A stretch of DNA of 64,000 bases from Candidatus Parcubacteria bacterium (GCA_025999395.1 AP024682.1:2105-66104), one strand, 5' to 3'; counted from the first letter of the stretch, positions 12,598 to 23,532 are shown. Notes: generated from the sequence alone by a model not told the origin. Translations and numbers: made by a program.

Positions 12598-12712
12598 AAA
12601 CCAAAACCACCATCAAAACCGCTTGCCCTTTGTTATTAAGAAAATCAGTCTTTAAAAATCCAAAAATATTTTTTTCTTTTCTCATAAAAACTATTTTAAG
12701 AAAAATTAAAAA

Positions 12713-13285
12713 TTATTCTGCTCGTGAGCTAACTACCGTTTGAAGGTAGGTATCAATCTCTTTTGCTTTTCTTTCTGAAACTCTTACTCCCACATTTAAA
12801 ACAACTCGCACCGGCCCCCCAAAGCCAGAATCTAGCGCCTGAGCCTGAAAATAGGAGACATTAACATTATCAGCAGTAATTGGCCGAATCAAAGGAGTAG
12901 GATCGCCTACTTCATCCTCTTCTTTTCTTACAATTCTTCCCTGATTGTTGTTAACCTCAAGAAAATAAGTAATTATCTTCCCATCAGGATTAATAAATTG
13001 GACAGAAGAGCCTCCTTCCGGAAGGGTTTCAATATTGGTTCCGACTCTAATTTCTCTTGTCATTTGTTCTATTGCCGAACTAACATTATCGGTAGCCGCC
13101 ATTAGCTTTAAAAGCAACCTTTGGTTAAAAAGAGTTTGGACAAAACCAGCAATAGAAATGGAGATTAAAACACTAAAAACTCCTAAAGACAAAAGAAGTT
13201 CTATTAAGGTACTGCCCTCTAAATCCTTAGAAAATTTTGCCCCAGAAAAAAACTTCTTAAATTTTTCTTTAATTTCAAAAATCAT
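12713..13285 (-). CDS. type IV pilin-like protein / minor pseudopilin
   Basis: Prepilin-type N-terminus ...LEGSTLIELLLSLGVFSVLISI (G/STLIE motif with E+5) after a basic leader. Confidence 0.55.
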   Translation of the reverse strand: MIFEIKEKFKKFFSGAKFSKDLEGSTLIELLLSLGVFSVLISISIAGFVQTLFNQRLLLKLMAATDNVSSAIEQMTREIRVGTNIETLPEGGSSVQFINPDGKIITYFLEVNNNQGRIVRKEEDEVGDPTPLIRPITADNVNVSYFQAQALDSGFGGPVRVVLNVGVRVSERKAKEIDTYLQTVVSSRAE

Positions 13286-13289
13286 AAAA

Positions 13290-13778
13290 TTATTTCCAAT
13301 TAAAAAAATGATCTTCTAAATTAATTTCAAAAGATCCTTGATTTCTGGTTTTCCAAAAAACAATTGAATTAACCACTATCTTTTCAGGATTATTTAATTG
13401 CTGAAGACGAATAATTCGTCGAAAAGGTGTTGTTTGGCTTTGGCTGCCAGCCTGATAGGAATATCTTTTCGAAACTGAATCAAAATAAAAAGAACGCGCC
13501 GACGATTGAGCTTGAGTTTTATCCTTAGAAAGAAAAAAGAGTTCGCTGCTATTAAAATCAGCCTCAAAATACCCTTCGCCCAACCCAAATCCTCGGCCCC
13601 GAGCTATTTGATTATCAAGAATGTTTTTAGTGATTTCTATTCCTTCTGTTGCTAAATAAGTAGCAATATATTGATCCGCTACCACCTTGTTAAGTGCTAA
13701 AGAATAAGAAAGCAGAGCCAAAAGCCCCAGAAGACCAATTGTTACCATTCCCAAAGCCACCATTGTTTCGGCTAGCAT
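13290..13778 (-). CDS. pilin-like protein (possible prepilin; start uncertain)
   Basis: Sequence upstream of the annotated Met reads ...KIVAG|QMLAETMVALGMVTIGLL (G-x4-E prepilin pattern) but lacks an in-frame ATG. A T6 run lies between the overlapping ORF 13690..13875 and this frame. Confidence 0.35.
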   Translation of the reverse strand: MLAETMVALGMVTIGLLGLLALLSYSLALNKVVADQYIATYLATEGIEITKNILDNQIARGRGFGLGEGYFEADFNSSELFFLSKDKTQAQSSARSFYFDSVSKRYSYQAGSQSQTTPFRRIIRLQQLNNPEKIVVNSIVFWKTRNQGSFEINLEDHFFNWK

Positions 13779-13880
13779 TTGTCCCGCGACAATTTTTGAG
13801 TATCGAAAAAAGATTATCTTTTTCTTTATTTTTCATAAGGCTTAATAAATATTTTTTGTCAAAACATTTTATCAAAAAAT

Positions 13881-14450
13881 TTAATCAGCCGAAATTTGGC
13901 CAAAGCGATTTACTCTTATAGAAAGAGAAAAATTTTCCACTCTGGGTGAAGAAAGAGTAATTACCGCTTCTTCTAAACTCGAGGGGTAGAAATAAACGGT
14001 GGGATTAGGAGGAACAAAAAGAATGTCCAACTCATCGTTTTGACCAAGATTAAGCTGAGATTCTTTTAAAGAAAGAGATTCTAAAACTACATCATTATCA
14101 GAATAAAGAGCACCCGTAAAACTTTTACACCTTTCAAATTCCCCCAATCCTTGCAAAGGAACATCCTTAAAGATAAGAATTTTGTTTTTGACTGCATCAA
14201 AATGAAGCCCCCAACCACAACCCGGATTTGTTTCCTCTCCCAAATAGGTAGAGACAGCCATCGATTTAGCCTCCTGAAGTTTAGAAACAATCAAAGCCTC
14301 TTCTCGATAAACTGAAATCATTTTGTCAGAAGCCCGATTATAAAAAGAAGCCGCTCCAACAAAAAGTAATGATAATCCAATCACTACCATCAACTCTATT
14401 AAAGTAAAGGCTCTAGAAGTAAAAAGAAATTTTTTAAAAAAAGCTTTCAT
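13881..14450 (-). CDS. type IV pseudopilin (GspH/FimT-like)
   Basis: MKAFFKKFLFTSRAFTLIELMVVIGLSLLFVGAASF, a classic prepilin N-terminal methylation motif. Confidence 0.6.
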   Translation of the reverse strand: MKAFFKKFLFTSRAFTLIELMVVIGLSLLFVGAASFYNRASDKMISVYREEALIVSKLQEAKSMAVSTYLGEETNPGCGWGLHFDAVKNKILIFKDVPLQGLGEFERCKSFTGALYSDNDVVLESLSLKESQLNLGQNDELDILFVPPNPTVYFYPSSLEEAVITLSSPRVENFSLSIRVNRFGQISAD

Positions 14451-14494
14451 TTTAAAAGCGGTAGAAAAAACACTAACTCTTCCTAATTAAGAAA

Positions 14495-15420
14495 CTAAAT
14501 CGCTAAACTTTCTACATTCCAATTATAGCAAAATACAAAGAAAGAATCTTGGCTCCAAAGAAAAAGGTGGCAACTGCCGCCCAAAACAATAAACGGTCCA
14601 AAAGGAACCAAATCAGAAACCTTTTTCTTTCCTAAAAGAATTAAAATTAAAGAAACGAGAGCTCCCAGAATAAAAGCCACAAAAATAATTAATAAAATAT
14701 CGGGCCATCCAAAAAGTAATCCCAAGGCAAAGATTAACTTAACATCTCCCATTCCCATTGCTTTTCCTGCTGAAAGCAATACGATTAAGAAAAAAAAAGA
14801 TTCCCCCTACTAAAGCTCCCGCCAAATGAGCCAGCCAAACATTTTCAATAGTAGGAAAAATCGCCGAAAAAACTTTTTAAGAAAGAACCAGCAAAAGAGT
14901 TTTCAAAAATTCTTCCTTGAGTTCCCAAAAAGATCCAAGCTACCGCCAAAACTAAAAGTAAAAGATTTAAAATGTTAGGGATAAGATAATGTTTAAGATC
15001 AATCAAGAAAACCAAAAGAAGATCCAATAAAACCAAAATCCAAAGAAAAGCAGCAAAAACCCAAATCCAGGAAGCTAAAGGCGGAAAGTAAAAAAAGAAA
15101 TTTTTTAAAAAAAGAGGAACTAAAACAAAAATTAATCCTCCCAACAGCTCAACCACTGGGTATTGAAAAGAAATTCTATTCTTACACGAACGACATTTCC
15201 CCCCTTGAATTAAAAAACTTAAAAGCGGAATTAATTCATACCAAGAAAGTTTTTTCTTACAAAAAAGACAATGAGATCGTCCCCAAAAAACTTCCTTTTC
15301 CCAAGTTTTTCTCGAGGGTTGATATCGAAAAGAAACGACATTAAGAAAGCTTCCTACTGCTAAACCTATTAAGAAAAGAAAGGAAAAAGAGTAGTAGCTA
15401 TTAAACAACAAGATGTTCAT
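14495..15420 (-). CDS. pilD: prepilin peptidase PilD (A24 family), interrupted by at least 2 frameshifts (T9 run at 14789-14797 and T5/T6 runs ~14860-14875)
   Basis: N-terminal part has the Zn-binding CLFCKKKL...CRSCKNRI tetracysteine and TM helices (IPNILNLL). The C-terminal ORF has the catalytic GKAMGMGDVKLIFALGLLFGW motif. All three frames contain stops between 14780 and 14845. Confidence 0.7.
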
Positions 15421-15443
15421 TTTCAGAAAATTTTAAAGAAAAG

Positions 15444-15944
15444 TTAGGATCCTACACAATAACGCTTTAATCCCCCTACTTCCGCACCACAAGTAAAGCC
15501 AGTTCCAGTATCGCAATTAGTTTCATCGACTGCAGGAGCGTCTTTGAAGGAGGATGAATCTTTAGAAATAAGAGCGGAAATAACATATCCTTGTCCTCCA
15601 TCGCACGGCTTGTAACCGTAATTTTTGGTATTATCACTAGCAAATTGAGGATCATTAGGAATAGAAGTTATTCCGATACTAGCGTTCTTTAGTGCTACCT
15701 CCAAAGACGTAGCTGATCCCGACCAAGTAGTAATACCTGTTGGATAGGCTCTATTCTTGTTGTAATAAATTTCCAGATAACTTTGCACTCTTTGAAGATC
15801 GGCTAATCTTTTTGAATCATAAGCACTTCCTCGAAACCCTCTTAAACCCACCAAAAAAATAGAAGCCAAAATAGCAATAATTGCTACTACCACCAACATT
15901 TCCACCAAAGTAAAACCTTTCGAGTTAAAAAAATTTTTTCTCAT
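15444..15944 (-). CDS. pilA: type IV major pilin (PilA-like)
   Basis: MRKNFFNSKGFTLVEMLVVVAIIAILASI: G|FTLVE prepilin motif. C-terminal Cys pairs (CDGG...C, CDTGTGFTC...C) typical of pilin disulfide loops. Confidence 0.7.
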   Translation of the reverse strand: MRKNFFNSKGFTLVEMLVVVAIIAILASIFLVGLRGFRGSAYDSKRLADLQRVQSYLEIYYNKNRAYPTGITTWSGSATSLEVALKNASIGITSIPNDPQFASDNTKNYGYKPCDGGQGYVISALISKDSSSFKDAPAVDETNCDTGTGFTCGAEVGGLKRYCVGS

Positions 15945-16024
15945 AGGATAGATTTTAAATTTAGAAAAGACCTTTGATAAAGAAAAACAACTACTTGATA
16001 AAATTATAAACTAAATTAATTTTT

Positions 16025-17242
16025 TTACAACTTAAAGGTTTGGGCCAAGTTATAAATCGGCAAAAGAATCGAAGCAAAGAGTAATCCAACAAACAAACCA
16101 ATGACTAAAATCAAAATCGGTTGCAGCAATTCCGAAAGATTAGCCATAATGTCATTTACCTCTTTATCATAGAAATCATAGACTTTAAGCATCATTTCAT
16201 CTACTCTTCCGGTAGTTTCTCCAATAGCAATCATTTGTCCCACCATTGGAGGAAAGTATTTTTCCTGTTCAAAAAGAAGTTGAGAAAAAAGATGTCCTTC
16301 TCTAACCCCTCCGGCAACCTTTTCTAAAACATCCTTATAAATAACATTACCAATTGTATCAGCAGCGATCTCAATTGCTTGAGCAATAGGTACTCCCCCT
16401 TTAATCAAAACACTTAAGGATTGAGAAAAGCGCGCAATATAAATTTTTTGAAAAAGTTTTCCAAAAACAGGCAAAATCAAAATGATTTGGCTGGCTACCA
16501 ACTTTCCTTCTTTACTACGAAAATAATCAACAACCATAAAAACCAATCCTGCTACCACTAAAATAACTAACCACCACCATTTCACCAAAAAGTCCCCCGC
16601 TCCCAAAAGAGCTCTACTTATCCAAGGAAGTTCTACTCCTGACTCCTCAAAAATAGGCTGAATTTTAGGAAAAACTACCGCCACCATTACCGCTGCCACA
16701 ATTAAAAAGAGCCCCAAAAGAACCGAGGGGTAAATCATGGCATTAGTGATTCGACTTTTCCACTGAACTTCTTTTTCTACATAATCAGCCAAAAAAGACA
16801 TCGCCTCCTGAAGTCGCCCCGTTACCTCAGCTGAGCGAACCATACTGACATAAAAATCTGAAAAAATTGGCTTTTGTCTTTCCAAAGCTTGAGAAAGAGC
16901 AAGTCCTGATTCTACATCCTGCTGAATTTGAAAAATTGCTTCTTTTAAAATAGGATTTTTAGTTTGCTGAATTAAAGTTTTTAGGGCATTATCCAGCGGC
17001 ATTTCCGATTCCATTAAAGTCGCCAATTGCCTAGTAAAAACCATCAAATCCTTAACTTTAACCCGATTAAGAAAGGAAAAGAGACCTTCTTTAATTCCCT
17101 TTTTTTCAGTAGAAACCAAACTTAAAACGAAGAGATCGTGACTAAGTAAAATCTTGGTAGCCGCTTCCTGATCCGGAGCTTCTACAAAACCCACCTGCAG
17201 TTCTCCCTCCTTATTTCGCGCTTGGTACTTAAACTTAGCCAT
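16025..17242 (-). CDS. pilC: type IV pilus inner-membrane platform protein PilC (GspF family)
   Basis: 405 aa with two T2SSF-like repeats and TM helices. Located between pilT and the pilin gene. Confidence 0.75.
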   Translation of the reverse strand: MAKFKYQARNKEGELQVGFVEAPDQEAATKILLSHDLFVLSLVSTEKKGIKEGLFSFLNRVKVKDLMVFTRQLATLMESEMPLDNALKTLIQQTKNPILKEAIFQIQQDVESGLALSQALERQKPIFSDFYVSMVRSAEVTGRLQEAMSFLADYVEKEVQWKSRITNAMIYPSVLLGLFLIVAAVMVAVVFPKIQPIFEESGVELPWISRALLGAGDFLVKWWWLVILVVAGLVFMVVDYFRSKEGKLVASQIILILPVFGKLFQKIYIARFSQSLSVLIKGGVPIAQAIEIAADTIGNVIYKDVLEKVAGGVREGHLFSQLLFEQEKYFPPMVGQMIAIGETTGRVDEMMLKVYDFYDKEVNDIMANLSELLQPILILVIGLFVGLLFASILLPIYNLAQTFKL

Positions 17243-17273
17243 TATAATTTACCAACAAAAAATTTTTCAAAAA

Positions 17274-18344
17274 CTACTTTTCCAAAAGAATTCTTAATTC
17301 TGCCGGATTCAAAGAATACATCTCTGCATTTTCCAAACTAATTTCTCTTTGTCTAACTAAATCTGCCAAAGAACGATTAAGAGTGATCATCCCTTCCTGA
17401 GCATTGGTTTCGATAACCAAATCAATTTGATAACTCTTTCTTTCCCGAATAAGATTGCGAATAGCAGGATTGGCAATCATAATTTCACAAGCCGGCACCC
17501 TTCCTCCTTCTACTCGAGGAATTAATCTTTCAGAAATAATTGCCACCAAAGTTGCTGCCAGCTGAGAAGCAATTTGTCCTTGTTGTTCGGCGGGGAAGCT
17601 ATCGATGATTCTGTCGATTGTTTGAGCAGCGGAGTTAGTATGAAGAGTAGAAAAAACTAAGTGCCCAGTTTCAGCCGCAGTTAAAGCAGTGGCAATTGAT
17701 TCGGTGTCTCTCATTTCTCCAATCATAATTACATCCGGATCCTGTCTTAAAACTGAACGCAATGCCTGAGAAAAATCGGGAGTGTCGCTTCTTACCTCTC
17801 TTTGAGAAATAATACTTTTATCCTGAATAAAAATATACTCAATTGGATCCTCAATGGTAATAATGTGCTCGGTTCGAGTATGATTAATTTCGTCTAACAA
17901 CGCTGCTAAAGTAGTTGATTTCCCATGACCCGCCGGCCCCACTACCAAAACAAACCCCTGCGAAAGAGAGGTAAAATCATGTAAAATTGGCGGCAATCTT
18001 AATTCTTCAATTGTTCTAATTTTGGCCGGAATCAATCTTAGAGCTGCCGCCATGTAACCTCTTTGAAAATAAGCGTTAACTCGAAAACGAGCTTTGTCTT
18101 CATAAGTGTAAGAAAAGTCCACCTGCCGTTTCAAAAGAAGTTCTCCTTGCTGTTTCTCAGTTAAAAGAGAAAAAATCAATTGTTCTACATCCTGAGGGGT
18201 TAGAATCGGATAAGAAGTCAAAGGAACCAAAGCTCCATCAATTCTTAAGGTTGGATGACGCCCTACTGCTAAATGTAAGTCCGAAGCATCTTGCTTAGCG
18301 CAAGTTAGTAAAAGTTCTCCTAATTTTTGTTTATAGTCTGTCAT
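17274..18344 (-). CDS. pilT: twitching-motility retraction ATPase PilT
   Basis: 356 aa. Walker A VLVVGPAGHGKSTTLAAL, Asp box and His box of secretion ATPases. Size typical of PilT. Confidence 0.75.
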   Translation of the reverse strand: MTDYKQKLGELLLTCAKQDASDLHLAVGRHPTLRIDGALVPLTSYPILTPQDVEQLIFSLLTEKQQGELLLKRQVDFSYTYEDKARFRVNAYFQRGYMAAALRLIPAKIRTIEELRLPPILHDFTSLSQGFVLVVGPAGHGKSTTLAALLDEINHTRTEHIITIEDPIEYIFIQDKSIISQREVRSDTPDFSQALRSVLRQDPDVIMIGEMRDTESIATALTAAETGHLVFSTLHTNSAAQTIDRIIDSFPAEQQGQIASQLAATLVAIISERLIPRVEGGRVPACEIMIANPAIRNLIRERKSYQIDLVIETNAQEGMITLNRSLADLVRQREISLENAEMYSLNPAELRILLEK

Positions 18345-18387
18345 ACAATATAAGTATAAAAAAAGTTAGCCCAAAAAACAAATAAAA

Positions 18388-20131
18388 TTAAAATTCTTCG
18401 GTTTCTCTCAAAACCGCTTCCAAAGAAACTAATCCTTTCAAAGCTTTAATCACGCCATCTTGACGCAAGGTAATCATCTTTTGACGCTTCGCTTCCTTAA
18501 CAATTTCGGATTCCGATTTTCGACTAACAACAATTTCTTCTAACTCTTTAGTCATTTGTAAAATTTCAAAAAGAGCTACTCGCCCGCTTACTCCTTTTCC
18601 CTTACAAGCTGGGCACCCCTTTGATTCAAAAATTTGATAAGAAGAAATTTGTTCTCCTTCCAATTCTTCCAAAACCTGAGGATCCATTTCTTTAAGAGTT
18701 TTTTCAATAATGGCTTTAATTTCTGAAGAAGGCTCCTTTTTAGAAAGACATTGCTGACACAAACGAGGAATTAATCTTTGCGCCACCATTAAATTAAGAG
18801 CCGCTGGTAAAAGAAAGGGTTCTACCTTCATATCCACCAGCCGGGGAATAACTCCGGCAGCATTATTGGTATGCAAAGTAGAAAGTACAATGTGACCAGT
18901 TAAGGCCGCGTGAATTGCTAAACCCGCAGTTTCATTATCTCGAATCTCTCCTACCATAATTACATCTGGATCCTGACGCAAAATTTGTCTTAAACCCGAG
19001 GCAAAGTCGTAACCAATCTCCGGATGAACCTGCGATTGGTTGAGCCCGTCGATGTAATATTCAACTGGATCCTCCAAGCTGACAATATTAACTTGCTCTT
19101 TGTTTAAAATCTGCATCAAAGCATACAAGGTGGTGGTTTTTCCTGAACCAGTCGGCCCAGTAATTAAAACCATCCCGTAGGGTTTTTTTTATCCCTTCCT
19201 GTAAAATTCTTAAGTTCTTTCCCAAAAGTCCTAATTCTTCCAACCCTTTTAATCCTACTTGAGGATCTAGGACTCTTAAAGCAATCTTTTCTCCTGCCGG
19301 AGTGGGAAAAGTCGCTACCCGAAAATCGATGTCTCTTCCCAAAAGCACCGTCCGAAACCGGCCATCTTGAGGAACGCGGGTTTCATCAATTTTCAAATTT
19401 GCTAATACTTTAATTCTGGAAACAATCGGCTGATGAAGCTCCAAAGGCATTGAGCTTACTTCCTGAAGTTCTCCATCAATTCGAAAACGAATACGCAACC
19501 TTTCCCTTTGAGGCTCAATGTGAATATCAGAAGCTTTTTGCCAAACTGCTTCTTTTAAGGTAGAGGCTACAATTTTAATAATGGGAGCCTCTTCAGCACC
19601 CGCTCCCGCCTCGATTTGAACAATTCTTTGAGGAAGAGAAATTTTTTTACTCCCTAAAGAAAGAAGAGATTTTACTGCTGCCTCAACTTCACTTCGATAA
19701 GGAGAATACTTTCTTAAAATACTTTCCCAAAGCCCCAAAGAAACCAAATAAATTCCCAAATTCACTCTCAATTGTTTAGCAATAAATTTCAAAGCTTCTT
19801 GAGCCTTTATATCATCCGGATTAACCATTCCGGCTACCAACAATCCTTCTTCAAAAGAAAGAGGAACAATCTTAAAATTTCTAACCGTTTCCTCAGGAAT
19901 CAGTTTAATTAACTCATCACTAATAGTTTGAGGATCAACTTGTTTAAAAGGAACTTTTAAAATTTGGCTCTTTACTTTCAAGACATCTTCCTCAGGTACC
20001 ATTCTCTTTTCATAGATAATCTCTTCGGCGGATTTCTTAGAAAAAGAGCTTTCCTGAAGAATTTTTTGAGCGGTTTCGGGAGAAATTAATTTTTGCTCTA
20101 AAAGCTTGTCAAGAAAAACCTTGTTTTCCAT
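18388..20131 (-). CDS. pilB: type IV pilus assembly ATPase PilB (GspE family), frameshifted in a T8 run (19185-19192)
   Basis: The N-terminal ORF (19088..20131) has the GspE N-domain and start of the ATPase. The C-terminal ORF (18388..19173) has Walker A MVLITGPTGSGKTTTL and a tetracysteine motif (CQQC...CPAC). Frame switch reads ...IKK(T)PYGMVLITGPTGSGKT. Confidence 0.8.
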
Positions 20132-20173
20132 AAAAACTAAACTTTTACCGTTTTAAAAAATAAAATTCTTAAA

Positions 20174-20467
20174 TTAGAAAACACCAAAAGGAGAGCTGTT
20201 GCCAGCAGGCATCAGAGTAGGAGGAGGAACTAACTGCCGAGCAGAGCGGAAGAAGTTGGAAGAAATGAGTTCTTGCGGATCAAAATTAAGCTTGGCCAAT
20301 TCATCAATCGAGCGTAGCTTTACCGGCACCACCGAAGAAATTAACTCCGGCTTAACAAAAAAAAGATAATAAATAGCAATCCCCAAAATAGCTAGAGTGA
20401 TGAGAGCAATTCCAAAACTAAACCACCGTCCGCCATTTCTTTTTTCTTCTTCGATAACGATTGCCAT
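20174..20467 (-). CDS. hypothetical small membrane protein in pilus cluster
   Basis: 97 aa with one TM helix (FSFGIALITLAILGIAIYYLFF). Confidence 0.3.
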   Translation of the reverse strand: MAIVIEEEKRNGGRWFSFGIALITLAILGIAIYYLFFVKPELISSVVPVKLRSIDELAKLNFDPQELISSNFFRSARQLVPPPTLMPAGNSSPFGVF

Positions 20468-20471
20468 ACTT

Positions 20472-21038
20472 TTATTCTACTTGATAATAACTAGTAATGG
20501 AAAGGGAATAGTTTAAAGTACTAGTTTCCCCTTTGGCTTGATTAGCTTCAATTCTCAAATCATTTACATCTAAAATAAGAATGTTATTTTCCAAATTCTT
20601 CAAAAATGATTTAAACCCAGCATAACTTCCTTTTAGACGGAGATCTGCTTTGAGGCGACCAACATTGCGAACAATATTAGAGCGAGAGGGTTGCAAGGGA
20701 GCTACTTGAGTAGAAAGAGATTCTAACTCCAATCCATTTACCCGTGCCAACCCTGTAATTTGATTAATTAGATAGCCGGGATCTTTTTCATTAGGAAGAA
20801 TTAAACTAGCTCTTTTTTGAACTTCGCTAGCGTTCTGTAAGCTTTTTAAAAGCGACTGAACCCGAGTAATGGTTTCCTGAGTTTTTACAAAAGAATCAGT
20901 TTTTGAAGCTAAATCTGAGCGAAGAGTGGTGATATTTTGATAAGCATCTTTCACAAAAGTAGAATAAAGAAAAGCTGAGCCCATAAAAAGAGCCAACGAA
21001 AGAAAAATAAATAATATTCTTTTAGAAGATCCGCTCAT
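20472..21038 (-). CDS. pilO: type IV pilus assembly protein PilO-like
   Basis: 188 aa. N-terminal TM plus coiled coil. Position after pilN in a pilMNO arrangement. Confidence 0.45.
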   Translation of the reverse strand: MSGSSKRILFIFLSLALFMGSAFLYSTFVKDAYQNITTLRSDLASKTDSFVKTQETITRVQSLLKSLQNASEVQKRASLILPNEKDPGYLINQITGLARVNGLELESLSTQVAPLQPSRSNIVRNVGRLKADLRLKGSYAGFKSFLKNLENNILILDVNDLRIEANQAKGETSTLNYSLSITSYYQVE

Positions 21039-21610
21039 TTTTCAGAATTAAATAAAAATTTTTTATTTAAAATAATCTTAGAAGAAAAGAAAACTCCACC
21101 CCCATCTTTGACTTCCAATTGTCGAGAAGTATCCAAAGAAACACTTTCCACATTAGGATTTTTTTGAAAAACACTCAATTGATTAGCTAAATCGTTGTAA
21201 CTAACAATTACTCCTTCCATTCTTATCTCCCCTGATCCCAAATCTGCTTGGAAGTTGGTTAGTCTTACCGTCGGATAAAGAGAAGTTTCAAGAAACTCAA
21301 ATAGCTTAGAGGGGTAAGGATGGGAAGCGGCTAAAGATTTAATGTTGTAAAGTTGAGAATAAAAACTAGAAAATTCTTTTTGCTGAGCTTCACTAAAAGT
21401 ACTGGAAAGAGATTCTAACTTAGCATCAATTTTTTTAATTTCTGATTTAAGATAAGGAGAGTAACCAAATTCCATTCCTGCCCAAATTACTAAAGTCAAT
21501 ATAAAAACCACCAAAGCAATAACAAAAATTCTCCAAGGAACCCCCAAAGAAGAAATTGCCTCTCTTTGAGAACTACTTCTAGGAACCGCTGAAAAATTAA
21601 AAGCTGCCAT
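21035..21610 (-). CDS. pilN: type IV pilus assembly protein PilN-like
   Basis: 191 aa with a single TM (RIFVIALVVFILTLVIWAGM). Start overlaps the pilO stop by 4 nt. Follows pilM. Confidence 0.45.
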   Translation of the reverse strand: MAAFNFSAVPRSSSQREAISSLGVPWRIFVIALVVFILTLVIWAGMEFGYSPYLKSEIKKIDAKLESLSSTFSEAQQKEFSSFYSQLYNIKSLAASHPYPSKLFEFLETSLYPTVRLTNFQADLGSGEIRMEGVIVSYNDLANQLSVFQKNPNVESVSLDTSRQLEVKDGGGVFFSSKIILNKKFLFNSEK

Positions 21611-21654
21611 AAATTTTATTTTAACCTTTCTTCCAATCCTTGATTAATTTTTAT

Positions 21655-22734
21655 TTAAAGAAAACCTTTAATAGCCAAACCAATTGCAGTAGCAAAACGA
21701 ACTTGGATCTCCTTTGCTACCACACTTAATTGAGGTGGAGTATTAACATAAAGCAACCCGTTTCCCAAAACCACCGGGATTCCAATCTTGCTTTCGAAAT
21801 ACTTATCTAATCCCAAAAGCAACGCTCCTCCACCGATTAAAAGAACTCTTTGTAAAGAAGAGCCGTAACTTTTTTCAAAGTTTTCCTTGGCCTTCATTAC
21901 TTCTTTAATTATAACATCTACAAAAGGCATTTCCAATGTGGATAACTCGTACTCACCTATCCCTCCACTTATTCCTCTTTGTTTTTTTAATTCTTCTGCT
22001 CGCCGATAACTAATCCCCAAACCCTTAACAATCGCCTGGGTTAAAGAATCGCCCGCATAATCAAATTGAACACTTGATTTAAGAAAGCCGCCTTCAACAA
22101 TACTAACACTGGAAGAACGAGCGCCAATATCTGCTATCAGAGTTGGAACCGGATCATTTCCAATAAGAGCTCGAGTAGCAGCTAAGTTTTCTATCTCCAA
22201 GGCTCTCAGCGAAAGACCAGCATTTTTGAAAATAGATTTATAACAGCTAATCACTTCGTTGGGAATAGCAATAAGAAGAATCTGTTGTTTCTCAAAACCA
22301 TTTTCATCTTGCCGCTGTCCTACCCTTATCCAATCAACCGCAATTTCGGCTAATGGCAAGGGAACACTTTGCCGAATCTGAAAAGCCATTGCTTTATTAG
22401 TTTCTTCTTCTGACATCGCTGGTAACTCCAGTAAAGTAACAAAAGAAGAAAAAGGAGGAATTGAAGCAATCGCCAATCTTGTTTTAAACTTAACCTTGTT
22501 TAAAAGAATTTTTAAAAGCGCAGTTGTTTCCTTTTCAGAAATTTTTACCGAATTAGCCTGAATTACATTATTGGCTCTCTCATAATGACCAAAGCTTTCC
22601 AGTAAAGCATAATTACTAAGAGTTACATTATTTTTTGAGCCGGATAACTCTGCTACTTTAATAGAAGTAGTTCCAATATCCACTCCCAAGTAAGCATTGG
22701 CTTTTTTAAATAAACCCAAAAAAGAATCAAACAT
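21655..22734 (-). CDS. pilM: type IV pilus assembly ATPase-like protein PilM (actin/HSP70 fold)
   Basis: N-terminal LGVDIGTTSIKVAELS phosphate-1 motif. 359 aa. Confidence 0.7.
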   Translation of the reverse strand: MFDSFLGLFKKANAYLGVDIGTTSIKVAELSGSKNNVTLSNYALLESFGHYERANNVIQANSVKISEKETTALLKILLNKVKFKTRLAIASIPPFSSFVTLLELPAMSEEETNKAMAFQIRQSVPLPLAEIAVDWIRVGQRQDENGFEKQQILLIAIPNEVISCYKSIFKNAGLSLRALEIENLAATRALIGNDPVPTLIADIGARSSSVSIVEGGFLKSSVQFDYAGDSLTQAIVKGLGISYRRAEELKKQRGISGGIGEYELSTLEMPFVDVIIKEVMKAKENFEKSYGSSLQRVLLIGGGALLLGLDKYFESKIGIPVVLGNGLLYVNTPPQLSVVAKEIQVRFATAIGLAIKGFL

Positions 22735-22785
22735 ATTTCAAAAACTTCTCAAACCTAATTTTCTAAAAAATTTTTTTCAATTAAA

Positions 22786-23532
22786 ATGAAAAAGGTCATA
22801 GAAATTATAAACATTTTAATGCTTTTAAGCAAAGAAAAAATCAAAAGGGTGGCAGATTTTTTCTTAGATATTCTTTTTCCTCCTATTTGTTTAAACTGCC
22901 GATCTTCCCTTCCTTCTCAAAAGCTTTTACTTTGCCCTCTTTGTTTTGAACTTCTGGAAATTAATTCTTTTCTCCACTGTCCAGAATGCGGGCAAAGAAT
23001 TGTTAATCTTAAATTTAGCTGTCCTCATCAAGCCTCCTTTTTTCTAGCTGCCGCTTCTAATTATTTTCCGCCCATTCCTGCCTTAATTCATTACTTTAAG
23101 TACAAAAAACTTGAAGGGATTTCGGATTTTTTATCTGCTCTCTTGATCGTTTATCTTAAAAGAATAGATTTAAACCTTAGCTCTTTTTATATTACCTACA
23201 TTCCTCTTTATTGGATTAAAGAAAAGCAAAGAGGGTTTAATCAAGCTCAAATTCTAGCCGAAAAGATTGCTAATTATTTTTCTTTGCCTCTCTTAAGAAC
23301 ACTTAAAAGAATAAAAAATACTCCCTCTCAAGCAAAAAGTAAAAATTTTCAGGAACGTCAAAAAAATATCGCCAACTGCTTTTTACCCATCAATCCTTCA
23401 GAAATTAAAGGAAAAAATTTTATTTTAATCGATGATATCTATACCTCTGGTTCCACTATTAAAGAAGCAGTGAAAGTTCTAAAAGAAAATGGAGCTAAAA
23501 AGATAATTGCTCTCGTTGTCGCTAAAGCTTAA
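22786..23532 (+). CDS. comFC: competence protein ComFC (double zinc ribbon + phosphoribosyltransferase domain)
   Basis: CxxC pairs (PICLNCRS...CPLCFE, CPECGQRIV) then the PRTase motif FILIDDIYTSGSTIKEAVKVL. Confidence 0.7.
   Translation: MKKVIEIINILMLLSKEKIKRVADFFLDILFPPICLNCRSSLPSQKLLLCPLCFELLEINSFLHCPECGQRIVNLKFSCPHQASFFLAAASNYFPPIPALIHYFKYKKLEGISDFLSALLIVYLKRIDLNLSSFYITYIPLYWIKEKQRGFNQAQILAEKIANYFSLPLLRTLKRIKNTPSQAKSKNFQERQKNIANCFLPINPSEIKGKNFILIDDIYTSGSTIKEAVKVLKENGAKKIIALVVAKA

Noticed and set aside
13690-13875. ORF 13690..13875 (61 aa) as an independent gene
   Set aside because: It overlaps the 5' region of the pilin-like gene 13290..13778 in another frame. It more likely marks a frameshifted or mis-started N-terminus of that gene.
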